DNA of 64,000 bases from contig CAXXRD010000001.1 of assembly GCA_963663895.2 (NCBI GenBank), positions 448,001 to 512,000 of the forward strand, given 5' to 3'. Below are positions 54,020 through 63,572 of this stretch, one piece after another (positions within the stretch are counted from its first letter, which is position 1; every line of letters begins with the position of its first letter). The DNA is from Dehalococcoidia bacterium (lineage in GTDB: Bacteria > Chloroflexota > Dehalococcoidia > Bin125). The position numbers and the translations under genes were made by a program. The notes beneath the pieces were generated by a model. It saw only the letters and a program-made list of their open reading frames with translations. It made no database searches and had not been told where the DNA came from.

Positions 54020-56650
54020 CTATCCGAAGGGTGTCCCAGGCTTCAGCAGCGCGATCTCTTCGTCAGACAGATCGTACAACTTGCGCAAAACCAAATCGTC
54101 AAGGGCCGTCTCTGCGCTCAGATCAACATCCTCCGACGCGCCCAACAATTTCCGTACGGAGGCGATCACGCTTCGGACGTGAACTTGTGGAACACGCGCC
54201 AAGTCAGGAATCGGCAGGCGGCGGAGTAGCGCGACCCCGATCTTGTTGTACCCGTCGCGGTACTTTCTTGAGTTCATATCTAGGAACCAGGCCGACGCAC
54301 TCGAATTCAACACCGCCGCGAGCACCAGCAACAGCTCCTCGTCCATGGGATCGGTTCGCGCACGAACGAACGGAGAGTGGCTGACTACCCATCGCCCGTC
54401 GGTATCGAGTCCGAACCGGGGAACCAGAGAGACCTCCGGAACTACGACTTTCGGCGCAAGCATTTCATACGGTGGACGAGGCCTCGTCGGCCGCCACCAG
54501 TCCGTGCTCGCTGATGCCACTGACTTGCGTGAGGAGAGCGTAGCCCTGTTCCCGCTGAGCCGATTCCACGTCACCGGAAACTCCGCTTCGAGTTGCGACT
54601 CGGTCACCGCCTCGCCATCAATGTAGGGGTAGAACACCCGTCTGCCCGTCTCCTCCGGCAGCACGAAGCGACCGATCATCCTGTCAGGAAGAAGAGGTCT
54701 GTACAGTGCTTCCTCACCGGGGGGCACGTCGTCAGAGTCGATCACGAAGACTTCGTCGGCACCCGTGATAGCACCCTGTCGCACCACCGCAACATCGTTG
54801 AGCCGCGGCATAGCTTCTAGTCTCGCGAGGAGACTGGACTCTTCAGGCGTCGCAACCGACCACGTCGGGCGTGCGAGCATCTCCTGTGGAGCTTCAAAAA
54901 TGAAGTACGACGAAGTTCGGCGGTGGTTCCCATCCAAGAAGTCCTCGAGCGCCAGTCCAACATCGCGCTGGCACCGAATCAGCGCGACCGGCGGTTCGTT
55001 CTGATCAGGAGCCCCCTTCCGTTGAACAACGAGTAAAGCGATGTAGACATCTGCCCTGAAGACCCGGATCGCCGAGAGGTCTGCAATCACATGGACCCAG
55101 GCTTCCTCCCGAATCCAGTGGCGGAGCGACCTGAGATTGTCTGAAGTCAGCAGGGGTTGAGGCACTACGAAGAAGCCATACCCACCCGGCCGCAACGCCC
55201 GGATCGAAAACACCAAGAAGGCCAAGTACGTGTCTAGCTTGCCCTTCCCTGCAGTACCAACATGGCCTGCAATAGCCTGTCTCACATCCTCCGGCTGAGA
55301 CTCGGTTCGGACGAATGGCGGGTTCGCCATTACCACATCAAATGTGAGGTCGCGTTGCGCTGACTCCGAGGCAAATCTCCGAATAGAGTCACCAAACTGC
55401 ACAGGAACATCTGTCGGCAATTCGCCGCAAGCAGCGAGATACAAGAGCGCTAGAGAGAGCCGGGATGCCGCAACTGCGTTCTCATCCACATCTATGCCCA
55501 ACAGCGACTCCAACGCAGCTCTCGCATCTTCCGCAGGATCGCGCCGGCTAGCGAGCAATTTCTGCTCCATAACAGCCCGCAGAAACACACCTGATCCGCA
55601 CGCAGGATCTGCGACAAGGGCGTCGAGAAAATGATCTCCTGGCAGCTGACGCCGAAGGTATTTTGCAAAGAAGCTTGCAATATACTGAGGCGTATATATT
55701 CCCCCCAATTGTTTATTCCACGACTCTTCATGAGTTGACGGAAACAGAGAAAACTGAATGGACTCCTCGTGTTGCATCACCGCTACATACCGCTCATAGA
55801 TCTTGCTCAGTGCATGCCTGGACATAACTGAGAAGTCATACTGGTACGGAACTGCGTCGTGACGATAGAAGGCATCAATGAGTGCCTTGCGGCTGCCTTT
55901 AGACAGCTGATCAAATGATGCGAGGGCAGCATGGTCGAACAAATCTCGGGAGACTCGTGACTCCGGCCGGTCTCCTAGAGACTGTGAGATGGCATCTGCG
56001 ATGCTCAGGTTGTGATCTGAAATAAGATCGCTCAAGGAGCTCGCGGGAGCTTCGCTTGTTGTTCTCGAATAGAAATCTTCCACTGCCCGCGCAAGGATGA
56101 TGGCGTTGAAGAGGGCGGAAACCGACGTAGAGATGGCGGCTGGTCCGAGTTCAAGGCGGAGAATCTTCCGCCAAGTAGATATCGTGTCGAGAAGCGCACC
56201 ATCAAGGGAAAGGAGGTTCGGATTGGGCGCCTGCCCGACGGCTTCGTCGAATACCTGCCTAGTGAGAGCCGACTCGTCAGCTTCACTGAATCTGGTAGTT
56301 AGCGTCGGCCCCGGCGGATCAGTGCGGTTGTAAAAGTACTGGATCGACTCCTGATCAATCCAGACGTGCCAATCGACCAAGCTATTGTAGGAAAGCCCAA
56401 GGATGCCCAATACCTCGTCAGCACGGATGTCTTCCAACCGCCGATGCGAAGGCAGAAATGACAGCATCGCCGCGTTGTCCAAGCCTTGCTCGACAATGAG
56501 ATTGGCCGCGGGTAGAGCGTTCGGAACTTCGACGAAATCGTTCGGACGCCAGCCGAAGTAACGAGAGAAGCTCTCGGCAGCCTCACGCTTCCGGGCAGCC
56601 GACTCAACAGGATCAGTCAGAGCCTGGACCAAGTCGCTGGCAGGGCTCAT
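54020..56650 (-). CDS. N6-adenine DNA methyltransferase with C-terminal TRD (Eco57I/type IIG-like architecture)
   Basis: GGIYTP; DPACGSGVFL; GIDVD; NPPF; TaqI-C-like C-terminus; RBS GGAG. Confidence 0.85.
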   Translation of the reverse strand: MSPASDLVQALTDPVESAARKREAAESFSRYFGWRPNDFVEVPNALPAANLIVEQGLDNAAMLSFLPSHRRLEDIRADEVLGILGLSYNSLVDWHVWIDQESIQYFYNRTDPPGPTLTTRFSEADESALTRQVFDEAVGQAPNPNLLSLDGALLDTISTWRKILRLELGPAAISTSVSALFNAIILARAVEDFYSRTTSEAPASSLSDLISDHNLSIADAISQSLGDRPESRVSRDLFDHAALASFDQLSKGSRKALIDAFYRHDAVPYQYDFSVMSRHALSKIYERYVAVMQHEESIQFSLFPSTHEESWNKQLGGIYTPQYIASFFAKYLRRQLPGDHFLDALVADPACGSGVFLRAVMEQKLLASRRDPAEDARAALESLLGIDVDENAVAASRLSLALLYLAACGELPTDVPVQFGDSIRRFASESAQRDLTFDVVMANPPFVRTESQPEDVRQAIAGHVGTAGKGKLDTYLAFLVFSIRALRPGGYGFFVVPQPLLTSDNLRSLRHWIREEAWVHVIADLSAIRVFRADVYIALLVVQRKGAPDQNEPPVALIRCQRDVGLALEDFLDGNHRRTSSYFIFEAPQEMLARPTWSVATPEESSLLARLEAMPRLNDVAVVRQGAITGADEVFVIDSDDVPPGEEALYRPLLPDRMIGRFVLPEETGRRVFYPYIDGEAVTESQLEAEFPVTWNRLSGNRATLSSRKSVASASTDWWRPTRPRPPYEMLAPKVVVPEVSLVPRFGLDTDGRWVVSHSPFVRARTDPMDEELLLVLAAVLNSSASAWFLDMNSRKYRDGYNKIGVALLRRLPIPDLARVPQVHVRSVIASVRKLLGASEDVDLSAETALDDLVLRKLYDLSDEEIALLKPGTPFG

Positions 56651-56907
56651 GAGCGGTCTCCCGAATCTCTCACGCTATCAGACTACGAAAACAGCCAAAT
56701 AGCAATGCGAGTAGGTGCCTCATCAACTTTGGGGGGCCCTCATCACCCGAGCAGCCGTCCCTTGTAAACACCCTGACCCACCTGCGTCCTTTCCGCCGAC
56801 ACCGTCAGTGTTATGGGTACGACAGCTCGTCCATCGTCCTCATCTGGAACGGCTCCGCCGATACCAAGTCCTTTGCCGTCTTACGACGACCTCTTCGGGT
56901 CGAGCTG

Positions 56908-56975
56908 TCGCCTGAGCACTGCCGTGCGAATTGGTTCGCAGTACAGTCCGTCACGGACGGAAATCGTGAGCCTAC
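56908..56975 (+). repeat. Direct repeat copy B bounding the methylase island
   Basis: 22-bp identity 56934-56955 = 53346-53367; 15-bp identity 56908-56922 = 53314-53328. Confidence 0.85.
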
Positions 56976-57074
56976 GCGGATTCAAAATCCGTGCTCTCCG
57001 ACAGCATCACAGTCACGGGATATGCGGAAGCGGATGTCGCATCCGCCTCCCAAATCCGCTACGCCTTGTGCTGA

Positions 57075-57929
57075 CTAAGCCGCGTGCGCCCGCAAGAACT
57101 CCCGGATCGCGTCGATCGTGCCGCGCAGCTTCGCCGGCGAGCGGCAGTCGACATCCAGGCACTCGGCCCGGGGAGCAAGCTCGCAGATGCGGCGGGAGAT
57201 GCCGGTCGGGTGGAAGGGATCGCTGCCGGGCAGGACCAGCAATGGGGCCGGGCACGTCTTGAGCCACTCTTCGGTCACGGAGAACAGCGGCTCGTCCGGC
57301 GGCCAGATCCCGGCGACGAAGTCCCCGATCAGGGCGATGTACTCCGCGTCGCTCATCGCCAGGATCTGGGCGCGGAAGGCGGGGTCGTCATGGATGCGGC
57401 GCTGGAAGGGGCCGGCGGCGTTGTTCTCGACGAACCAGACGCCGGTCATGGCGGCCTCGACGACCGCCTCCACGCCCCTGGTCCGCGCGAGGGCGAGCGT
57501 GGGGGCGAACATATCTTGGAACACTTGGAGCGAGGTCGAGGCGTCGACGCCGACGGGATCCTGACAGACCGCCGCGCTGATCCGCCCGGGCGCCGCCTGG
57601 ATGATGCGGAGGTTGTAGGCGACGCCGATGCATCCGCCCATCACATGCGCCCGCTCGATCCCCAGATCGTCCAGGACGGCGAGCTGGTCGCCGGCGGTGA
57701 GGTCGTAGCTGAAGGCGGCGGCGGGCGCCGGGCTTTGGCCGGCATGGCGCTGGTCCATGCCGATCACCATGAACTCATCGGCGAAGTCGCGGATGGGGTT
57801 GACGGCGCTGTTGGGCCAGAAGGCGATCTCGCTGTTGACGCCGCCGGGCGCGAACAGCAGCAGGGGATAGCCCCGGCCAAAGACCTCGTAGTGGATGGTG
57901 GCCCCGTCGGGCCGCTGTACCTCCGGCAT
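57075..57929 (-). CDS. Alpha/beta hydrolase with Cys at the nucleophile elbow
   Basis: G.GYPLLL; DQRHAG.S; GGCIG; D..H. Confidence 0.82.
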   Translation of the reverse strand: MPEVQRPDGATIHYEVFGRGYPLLLFAPGGVNSEIAFWPNSAVNPIRDFADEFMVIGMDQRHAGQSPAPAAAFSYDLTAGDQLAVLDDLGIERAHVMGGCIGVAYNLRIIQAAPGRISAAVCQDPVGVDASTSLQVFQDMFAPTLALARTRGVEAVVEAAMTGVWFVENNAAGPFQRRIHDDPAFRAQILAMSDAEYIALIGDFVAGIWPPDEPLFSVTEEWLKTCPAPLLVLPGSDPFHPTGISRRICELAPRAECLDVDCRSPAKLRGTIDAIREFLRAHAA

Positions 57930-57945
57930 GCGTCTCTCCGATCCT

Positions 57946-59544
57946 CTAGTTGATCCGGCGCCCGTCCGCCCCGGATTCCTGCCAGCGTGTCTCGCGCAGC
58001 TCGAACTTCTTGAGCTTACCGGTCGCCGTGCGCGGGAGGGCGGCAGCGAACTCGACGCGGGTCGGCGCCTTGAAATGGGCCATGCGGTCGCGGCAGTGGG
58101 CGATGATCTCCTCGGCGGTGGCAGCCGCCCCCTCCCGCAACACGACCACGGCGAGCGGCGTCTCGCCCCAGCGCTCCGAGGGCACGCCGATCACGGCCGC
58201 CTCAAGAACGGCGGGGTGCCCGTACAGCACGTCCTCCACCTCGATCGAGGAGACATTCTCGCCCCCGGTGATGATCATGTCCTTGGCGCGGTCGACGAGG
58301 TTGATGTAGCCGTGCGCATCCACGGTCGCGAGATCGCCGGTGTGGAACCAGCCGTCGACGATGACCTTGGCCGTCTCCTCCGGTTGCTCCCAGTAGCCCT
58401 TGAAGACGACGTTGGATCGCGCGATCACCTCGCCGATCGCGGCATCGTCGGCCGGCACGTCGTTGCCGTCCGCATCGACGACGCGGACCTGCACCCCGAT
58501 GATGTCGTGCCCGGCGCGGACCTTGATGCGGCGGGCGCCATCGTCGTCGACGCCCAGGTAGGGCTTGACCTCGGCCAAGGTGAGCAAGGGCGAGGTCTCC
58601 GTCAGCCCGTAGCCCTGGACGAACTCCCAGCCGAGCTCCGTCTCCAGGCGCTCGATGAATCGCAGCGGTGGCGGCGCGCCCGCGACCACGAAGCGGGGCT
58701 TGGTGGTGACGTGGTATTGGCCGCGGTCGGGATAGTCGAGGATCGCCGCCAGCACGGCGGGCGCCATGCAGGCGAAAGTGATGCCTTCATCCTGCAGCAG
58801 CCGGTAGATCGCCTGCGGGTCGACCTTGCGCAGGACGACGTGCCGCGCGCCCACGGCCGTCAGGGCGAAGGGCCCGCCCCAGCCGTTGGCGTGGAACATG
58901 GGCAGCGTCCACATCTCCACGTCCTCGTTGCCGATGCGGCTGTGGACGAGGAAGTTGTAGGTGTTGAGATAGATGTTGCGATGGGTCAGCATCACTCCCT
59001 TGGGGCGGGCCGTGGTTCCCGACGTGTAGTTGATGCTGTAGAGATCGTTCTCCTCCAAACCGGGATCGGGCGGGGCAGTCGCCGGCCGGCCGGCGATCAG
59101 GTCCTCCCAGTCCCGCCAGCCGTCCGTCAGCGGCGCATCGGCGAAGCGCGCGACGATGAAATGCTCGACCGTGGGAAGCTTGGGCCGCAGATCGTCGATC
59201 ACAGCGGTGTAGTCGGAGTCGACCAGCATCACCTTGGCGCCGACGTGATTGATGATGTAGTCGAAATCATCCGCAATCAGGCGATAGTTCATCGGCACGA
59301 TCACGGCGCCGATCGACGCCACCCCGTAAAACGCCTCAAGGAAATGATGGCTGTTGGGACTGAGAATGCCGACGCGATCGCCCTTGCCCACGCCCAACGC
59401 CGCCAGTCCGTGGCCGAGCTGGTTCGCGCGCGCCCCGAACTCCGCATAGGTCCAGCGCTCGGCGCCGTCGGCGACTGCTTCACTGGGGCCGTAGAGCTTG
59501 ACCGCGCGATTGATGAAGTCGCTGACGAGCAGGGGTACTTCCAC
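57946..59544 (-). CDS. Acyl-CoA synthetase (long-chain fatty acid-CoA ligase family)
   Basis: YTSGTTARPKG; YGLTE; HTGD; DRAKD; GGENV; TATGK. Confidence 0.92.
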   Translation of the reverse strand: MEVPLLVSDFINRAVKLYGPSEAVADGAERWTYAEFGARANQLGHGLAALGVGKGDRVGILSPNSHHFLEAFYGVASIGAVIVPMNYRLIADDFDYIINHVGAKVMLVDSDYTAVIDDLRPKLPTVEHFIVARFADAPLTDGWRDWEDLIAGRPATAPPDPGLEENDLYSINYTSGTTARPKGVMLTHRNIYLNTYNFLVHSRIGNEDVEMWTLPMFHANGWGGPFALTAVGARHVVLRKVDPQAIYRLLQDEGITFACMAPAVLAAILDYPDRGQYHVTTKPRFVVAGAPPPLRFIERLETELGWEFVQGYGLTETSPLLTLAEVKPYLGVDDDGARRIKVRAGHDIIGVQVRVVDADGNDVPADDAAIGEVIARSNVVFKGYWEQPEETAKVIVDGWFHTGDLATVDAHGYINLVDRAKDMIITGGENVSSIEVEDVLYGHPAVLEAAVIGVPSERWGETPLAVVVLREGAAATAEEIIAHCRDRMAHFKAPTRVEFAAALPRTATGKLKKFELRETRWQESGADGRRIN

Positions 59545-59572
59545 CGTCTCACCTCCACAGGTTGCGAGAATA

Positions 59573-60058
59573 TTACCGTGATCGCGGCGATCCGTTGCTC
59601 TCGGCGGCGGCGACCGCGGCGGCGACGGCAGCGGCGGGCGCGTCGACGCGGATCAGGGGATCGTCGCCGGAACCGTCGTCGACGGTCCAGGTGCCGAGGC
59701 CGACGACCGGGCGCCCGAACTGCAGCGCGAAGGCGATCTCGCTGAGCGTGCCGTAGGATCCGTCGATCGCGATCATGGCGTCGCCGGCGCGTGCCACGAG
59801 GGCGTTCCGCGCCACGCCGAGCCCCGTGGGAATCGCGAACTCCACGTAGGGATTCGCCGCCGCCTCCTCGTCGCCGGGCAGGATGCCGATCGTGTGGCCG
59901 CGCTCGGCGCGCGCGCCGCGGCAGGCCGCCTCCATCACGCCCCCCAACCCGCCGCAGACGAGCGTGTGGCCCCCACGTGCGATCTCCCGGCCGACCGCTT
60001 CCGCCAGCGCCAGCGCGGGCGGAGCAGGCTCCCTTGCCCCCACCACCGCGATGCGCAT
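59573..60058 (-). CDS. TIGR00725 family (LOG/DprA-like Rossmann) protein
   Basis: CGGLGGVMEA; IGILP; RN; GSYGTLSE. Confidence 0.85.
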   Translation of the reverse strand: MRIAVVGAREPAPPALALAEAVGREIARGGHTLVCGGLGGVMEAACRGARAERGHTIGILPGDEEAAANPYVEFAIPTGLGVARNALVARAGDAMIAIDGSYGTLSEIAFALQFGRPVVGLGTWTVDDGSGDDPLIRVDAPAAAVAAAVAAAESNGSPRSR

Positions 60059-60074
60059 CGGACCGGTGATCCGG

Positions 60075-61307
60075 CTACGCGCGCAGGGCAGACGGCTGTT
60101 GTTGCGCGGCCGCCTCGCTGACGGGAGCGTCAACCTCGAACGGGTCCTTGAGATCGAGCTCGGCCGCGATCTCGCGCGCGGCGGGAAGCACCTCCCGGCC
60201 CAGCAACTCAATGCAGCGCATCGAGTCTTCGTGGGTCACGAAGCCGTCGTTGCCCCAAATCATGAAGATGCCGGGGCGCGTCGCCTCCATGATCACGCGG
60301 AGCTGCCCGACGACCTGGTCTGGGGTTCCCGCAATGATGCGCAGGTTCTCGACCTGCTGCTCGAAACCGACATCGCGCCTGGCGACGCGCCGCCCGTGGG
60401 CGATCTCGACTAGGACCTGACGCTGCTTGGCCGGGTTGTAGCCCGCAGGAGCGCTCCAGACCGGATGAGCCAGGCCCGTAAACTCCCCCTGCATCCAGGT
60501 GAACTGGCGGGCGTTGGCGAGCGCTTTCTCCTCGGTATCGGCGCAATGCACGCGCAGCAGGTAGCCGCGATGCTCGGGTCCGGGTTGGAAGCCCACCTCC
60601 TCGGCGATCTGGGCGTAGAGCTTCCACACCCTGAGCGTGTCCTCGACGCTGGTGTTGAGACAGACGTAGGGATAGCGGTGCCGCGCCGCCCAGACCACCG
60701 TCTCCCGGCTGGCGATTCCGGGGATCCAGATGCGGGGATGCGGCCGCTGCAACGGCAGCGCCCAGGGGTTCACCACGCGGTTTTGATAGTGCGTGCCCTC
60801 CCAGCGCCAGGGCCCGTGCTCCGTCCAGGTCTTGATGATGAGGTCGTGGGCCTCCTCGAAGCGCTCACGGTTGTAGGCGGGATTCACGCCGATCGCGAGC
60901 TGCTCCGTGCCACCGCCCCGCACGAAACCCGAGACGAGCCGCCCCTGCGAGACGAGGTCGATCATCGCCAGCTCTTCAGCCAAGCGCACCGGGTTCTCCG
61001 TAAGAGGGAGGGGATTGCCGAGGAGCACGATCTTCACGCGCTCCGTGATGGCGGCCAAGATCGACGCGAAGATATTGCACTTGGATTGCATGCAGAAGGG
61101 CGCGTTGTGGTGCTCGTTGAGCATGATCCCGTCGAAGCCGACTTCCTCGACGAGCTTGTACTCGGTGATCCGGTCTTGGTAGAGCTGGCTGGCCGCGTCG
61201 CGATCGTAAAAGCGGTTGGAGAACATCAGAGCCGTATGCCCGGCTTTGCGGCCTTCCTCCTCGGGATAGGCCGACATGGGCTGCTCAGTGAAATAGGCGA
61301 GGTGCAC
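60075..61307 (-). CDS. LLM-class flavin-dependent monooxygenase, paralog 1
   Basis: GFDGIMLNEHH; RLAEELAMID..S.GR; P.Q.PHP; GTPDQV. Confidence 0.9.
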   Translation of the reverse strand: MHLAYFTEQPMSAYPEEEGRKAGHTALMFSNRFYDRDAASQLYQDRITEYKLVEEVGFDGIMLNEHHNAPFCMQSKCNIFASILAAITERVKIVLLGNPLPLTENPVRLAEELAMIDLVSQGRLVSGFVRGGGTEQLAIGVNPAYNRERFEEAHDLIIKTWTEHGPWRWEGTHYQNRVVNPWALPLQRPHPRIWIPGIASRETVVWAARHRYPYVCLNTSVEDTLRVWKLYAQIAEEVGFQPGPEHRGYLLRVHCADTEEKALANARQFTWMQGEFTGLAHPVWSAPAGYNPAKQRQVLVEIAHGRRVARRDVGFEQQVENLRIIAGTPDQVVGQLRVIMEATRPGIFMIWGNDGFVTHEDSMRCIELLGREVLPAAREIAAELDLKDPFEVDAPVSEAAAQQQPSALRA

Positions 61308-61387
61308 TGGGGGCGTCCCTCCCGCTACGGCGGCCGCGCCAGGATGGTAGCGCGAGGAGCCGCCGAGGGCGCAACGGGGTCCAGCTG

Positions 61388-62635
61388 CTAGGCGCCGACG
61401 GGCTGGAGCTCCGCTTGGGGTGTGGTGGCGAGGCTGACCGGCGCATCGATATCGAACGGGCTATTGAGCCCCAGCTCATCCGCGTACTGGCGGATGGCGG
61501 GGAGCACTTCCTGGCCCATCAGCTCGATGCAGCGCATGCCGGTCTCATGGCTGACGCGGCCATCGTTGCACCAAATGTTGAGAATGCCGGGGCGCAGCTC
61601 GTCGAGGACGCGCTTGAGGCCTTCGATGACCTGGTCCGGCGTCCCCACGATGACGTTGCCGGCGCTCATCAGATCCTGGATCGTCACATCCTTGCCGACG
61701 TTGGCCACGTTCTGGCGCCGGCCGTTCGCCATCTCGACGAATTGGCGCCGCCAGGTTGGGGAGCCGTAGCCGGAGGGATTGTGCCAGACCGGGTGCGTCA
61801 CGCCCGTGAACTCGCCCTGCATCCACATATAGTGCTGGGCCGCCGCGATCGCCTTCTCTTCGGTGTCCTGCACATGCACGCGCAACTCGTACCCCTTGGT
61901 CTCCGGACCGGGTTCGTAGCCGGCGGCGCGGGCCGTCTGATCGTACAGGGCCCAGATCTTCTTAGTGGTCTCGAAGGTCGTGCTGAGCGCCACGAAGGGG
62001 TAGCGGTGCTCGGCGGCGAAAATGACCGTCTCCTTGCTGGCAACACCGGGCATCCAAATCCGCGGGTGGGGCTTCTGCAGGGGCTGGACCCAGGGATTGA
62101 CCACGCGGAGCTGGAAGTGATTGCCTTCCCAGCGCCAGGGGCCGGGCTCCGTCCACGTCTTCACGATGAGGTCGTGCGACTCCACGAAGCGCTCACGGTT
62201 ATAGGCAGGGTTGGCGTTAGTCGAGATCTGCTCCGTCCCGCCGCCCCGGACGAATCCCGAGATGATGCGGCCCTTTGAGATGAGGTCGAGCATCCCGATC
62301 TCTTCGGCGAGACGGACCGGGTTGTCCGAGATGGGGAGCGGGTTGCCGAGCAGCTCAATCCGCACGTGATCGGTCGCCGCCGCCAGCACCGCGGCGAAAA
62401 TATTGCACTTCGACTGCAAGCAGAAGGGCGCGTTGTGGTGCTCGTTGAGCATGATCCCGTCGAACCCCACCTCTTCGGCGCGCTGATATTCCCGTAAGCG
62501 CAGCTGGTAGAGCTCGCTCACCGCCTCGGCGTTGAAGTACTTGTTCGGGAGCAGCAGGGCGGTGTAGCCCAGCTCATCGCCGATCTCCTGCGGGAACGAT
62601 GCATCCGGCTGCTCCGTGAAGTAGGCGATGAACAT
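61388..62635 (-). CDS. LLM-class flavin-dependent monooxygenase, paralog 2
   Basis: Same motifs as paralog 1; 45-bp exact identity 61092-61136 = 62420-62464. Confidence 0.9.
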   Translation of the reverse strand: MFIAYFTEQPDASFPQEIGDELGYTALLLPNKYFNAEAVSELYQLRLREYQRAEEVGFDGIMLNEHHNAPFCLQSKCNIFAAVLAAATDHVRIELLGNPLPISDNPVRLAEEIGMLDLISKGRIISGFVRGGGTEQISTNANPAYNRERFVESHDLIVKTWTEPGPWRWEGNHFQLRVVNPWVQPLQKPHPRIWMPGVASKETVIFAAEHRYPFVALSTTFETTKKIWALYDQTARAAGYEPGPETKGYELRVHVQDTEEKAIAAAQHYMWMQGEFTGVTHPVWHNPSGYGSPTWRRQFVEMANGRRQNVANVGKDVTIQDLMSAGNVIVGTPDQVIEGLKRVLDELRPGILNIWCNDGRVSHETGMRCIELMGQEVLPAIRQYADELGLNSPFDIDAPVSLATTPQAELQPVGA

Positions 62636-62689
62636 GGCGCTCTCCGTGGGTGGGCGTCCGGTTAGGAACCAGCGCCAGGCTGCAACGTA

Positions 62690-63484
62690 TCACGCACCGG
62701 CGAAGTCGAGCACCAAACGGCTCAGCTCGGCCGGTTTCTCCATTTCGACGAAGTGCCCAGCTCCTTCGATCACTTCGAGACGGCTGTTCGGCAAGGCGTC
62801 GCGATAGCGCTCGCCACAGCTGCGCGGGACGATGCGATCGGCCGCACCCCAGACGATCAAGGTCGGCGTGGTGAGCCCGGGAAGGAGATAGGGCAGCGTC
62901 TGGCTGAAGAGGTACGGTTTCCAGGCGATGCGGGCCGTCATCTCGCGGTGGACGTCCCAGTCCATGAGCTGCTCGGTGGCCGGCTCCTCGCCATAGACGC
63001 GGCGGAAGCTGTCGCTGTCGTGAAAGCCCATCTTGACGTAGTCCATGTGGGCGTAGAGGAACTGGTCCAAGATCTCGCCCTCGGGGGGTTGGAGCCCCGT
63101 CGCGCCGACGAGGACGAGGCGCTTGCAGCGCGACTGGTTCATCGTCGCCATCTCGGCCGCGACCCAGCCCCCGAATCCGAGCCCAACCAAGACCGACTCT
63201 TCGATACCAGCTTGATCGAACAGTAGATTAAGCTCCACGGCGAGGTCGCGGACGCTGCGCATCCATAGCGGACGTTCCGACTGCCCCCAGCCAGGGAAGT
63301 CGGGGACGGTGACGGTGAAGCGCTGCGCGAGTTGCTCGTAAAAGGGAAGCCAACCCGGATTGCCGATCTCGTGGTGCAGAACGATCAGCGAATCACCGCT
63401 GCCGCTCTGGAGCCAGTGGATCTTTTCGCCAACGACCTCCACGAACTGTTCCGACGCCTCTGGCAGTGCTTCGGTGACGGCCAT
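62690..63484 (-). CDS. Alpha/beta hydrolase fold protein lacking the nucleophile (GLGFGG)
   Basis: PD.PGWG.S; VGLGFGGW; PTLIVWG..D; GAGH; RBS GGAGG. Confidence 0.82.
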   Translation of the reverse strand: MAVTEALPEASEQFVEVVGEKIHWLQSGSGDSLIVLHHEIGNPGWLPFYEQLAQRFTVTVPDFPGWGQSERPLWMRSVRDLAVELNLLFDQAGIEESVLVGLGFGGWVAAEMATMNQSRCKRLVLVGATGLQPPEGEILDQFLYAHMDYVKMGFHDSDSFRRVYGEEPATEQLMDWDVHREMTARIAWKPYLFSQTLPYLLPGLTTPTLIVWGAADRIVPRSCGERYRDALPNSRLEVIEGAGHFVEMEKPAELSRLVLDFAGA

Positions 63485-63572
63485 GCAAACCTCCCCGGGC
63501 CGCGATCGCTCGGCGGTCGCCCCACGACTTCCACCCGGGGCGTCGGCGCAGTGTATCAGTTCGGCCCGTCTC

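Noticed and set aside
56700-56915. Possible transposase C-terminal remnant before the right IR
   Set aside because: No DDE motif or convincing similarity visible by eye
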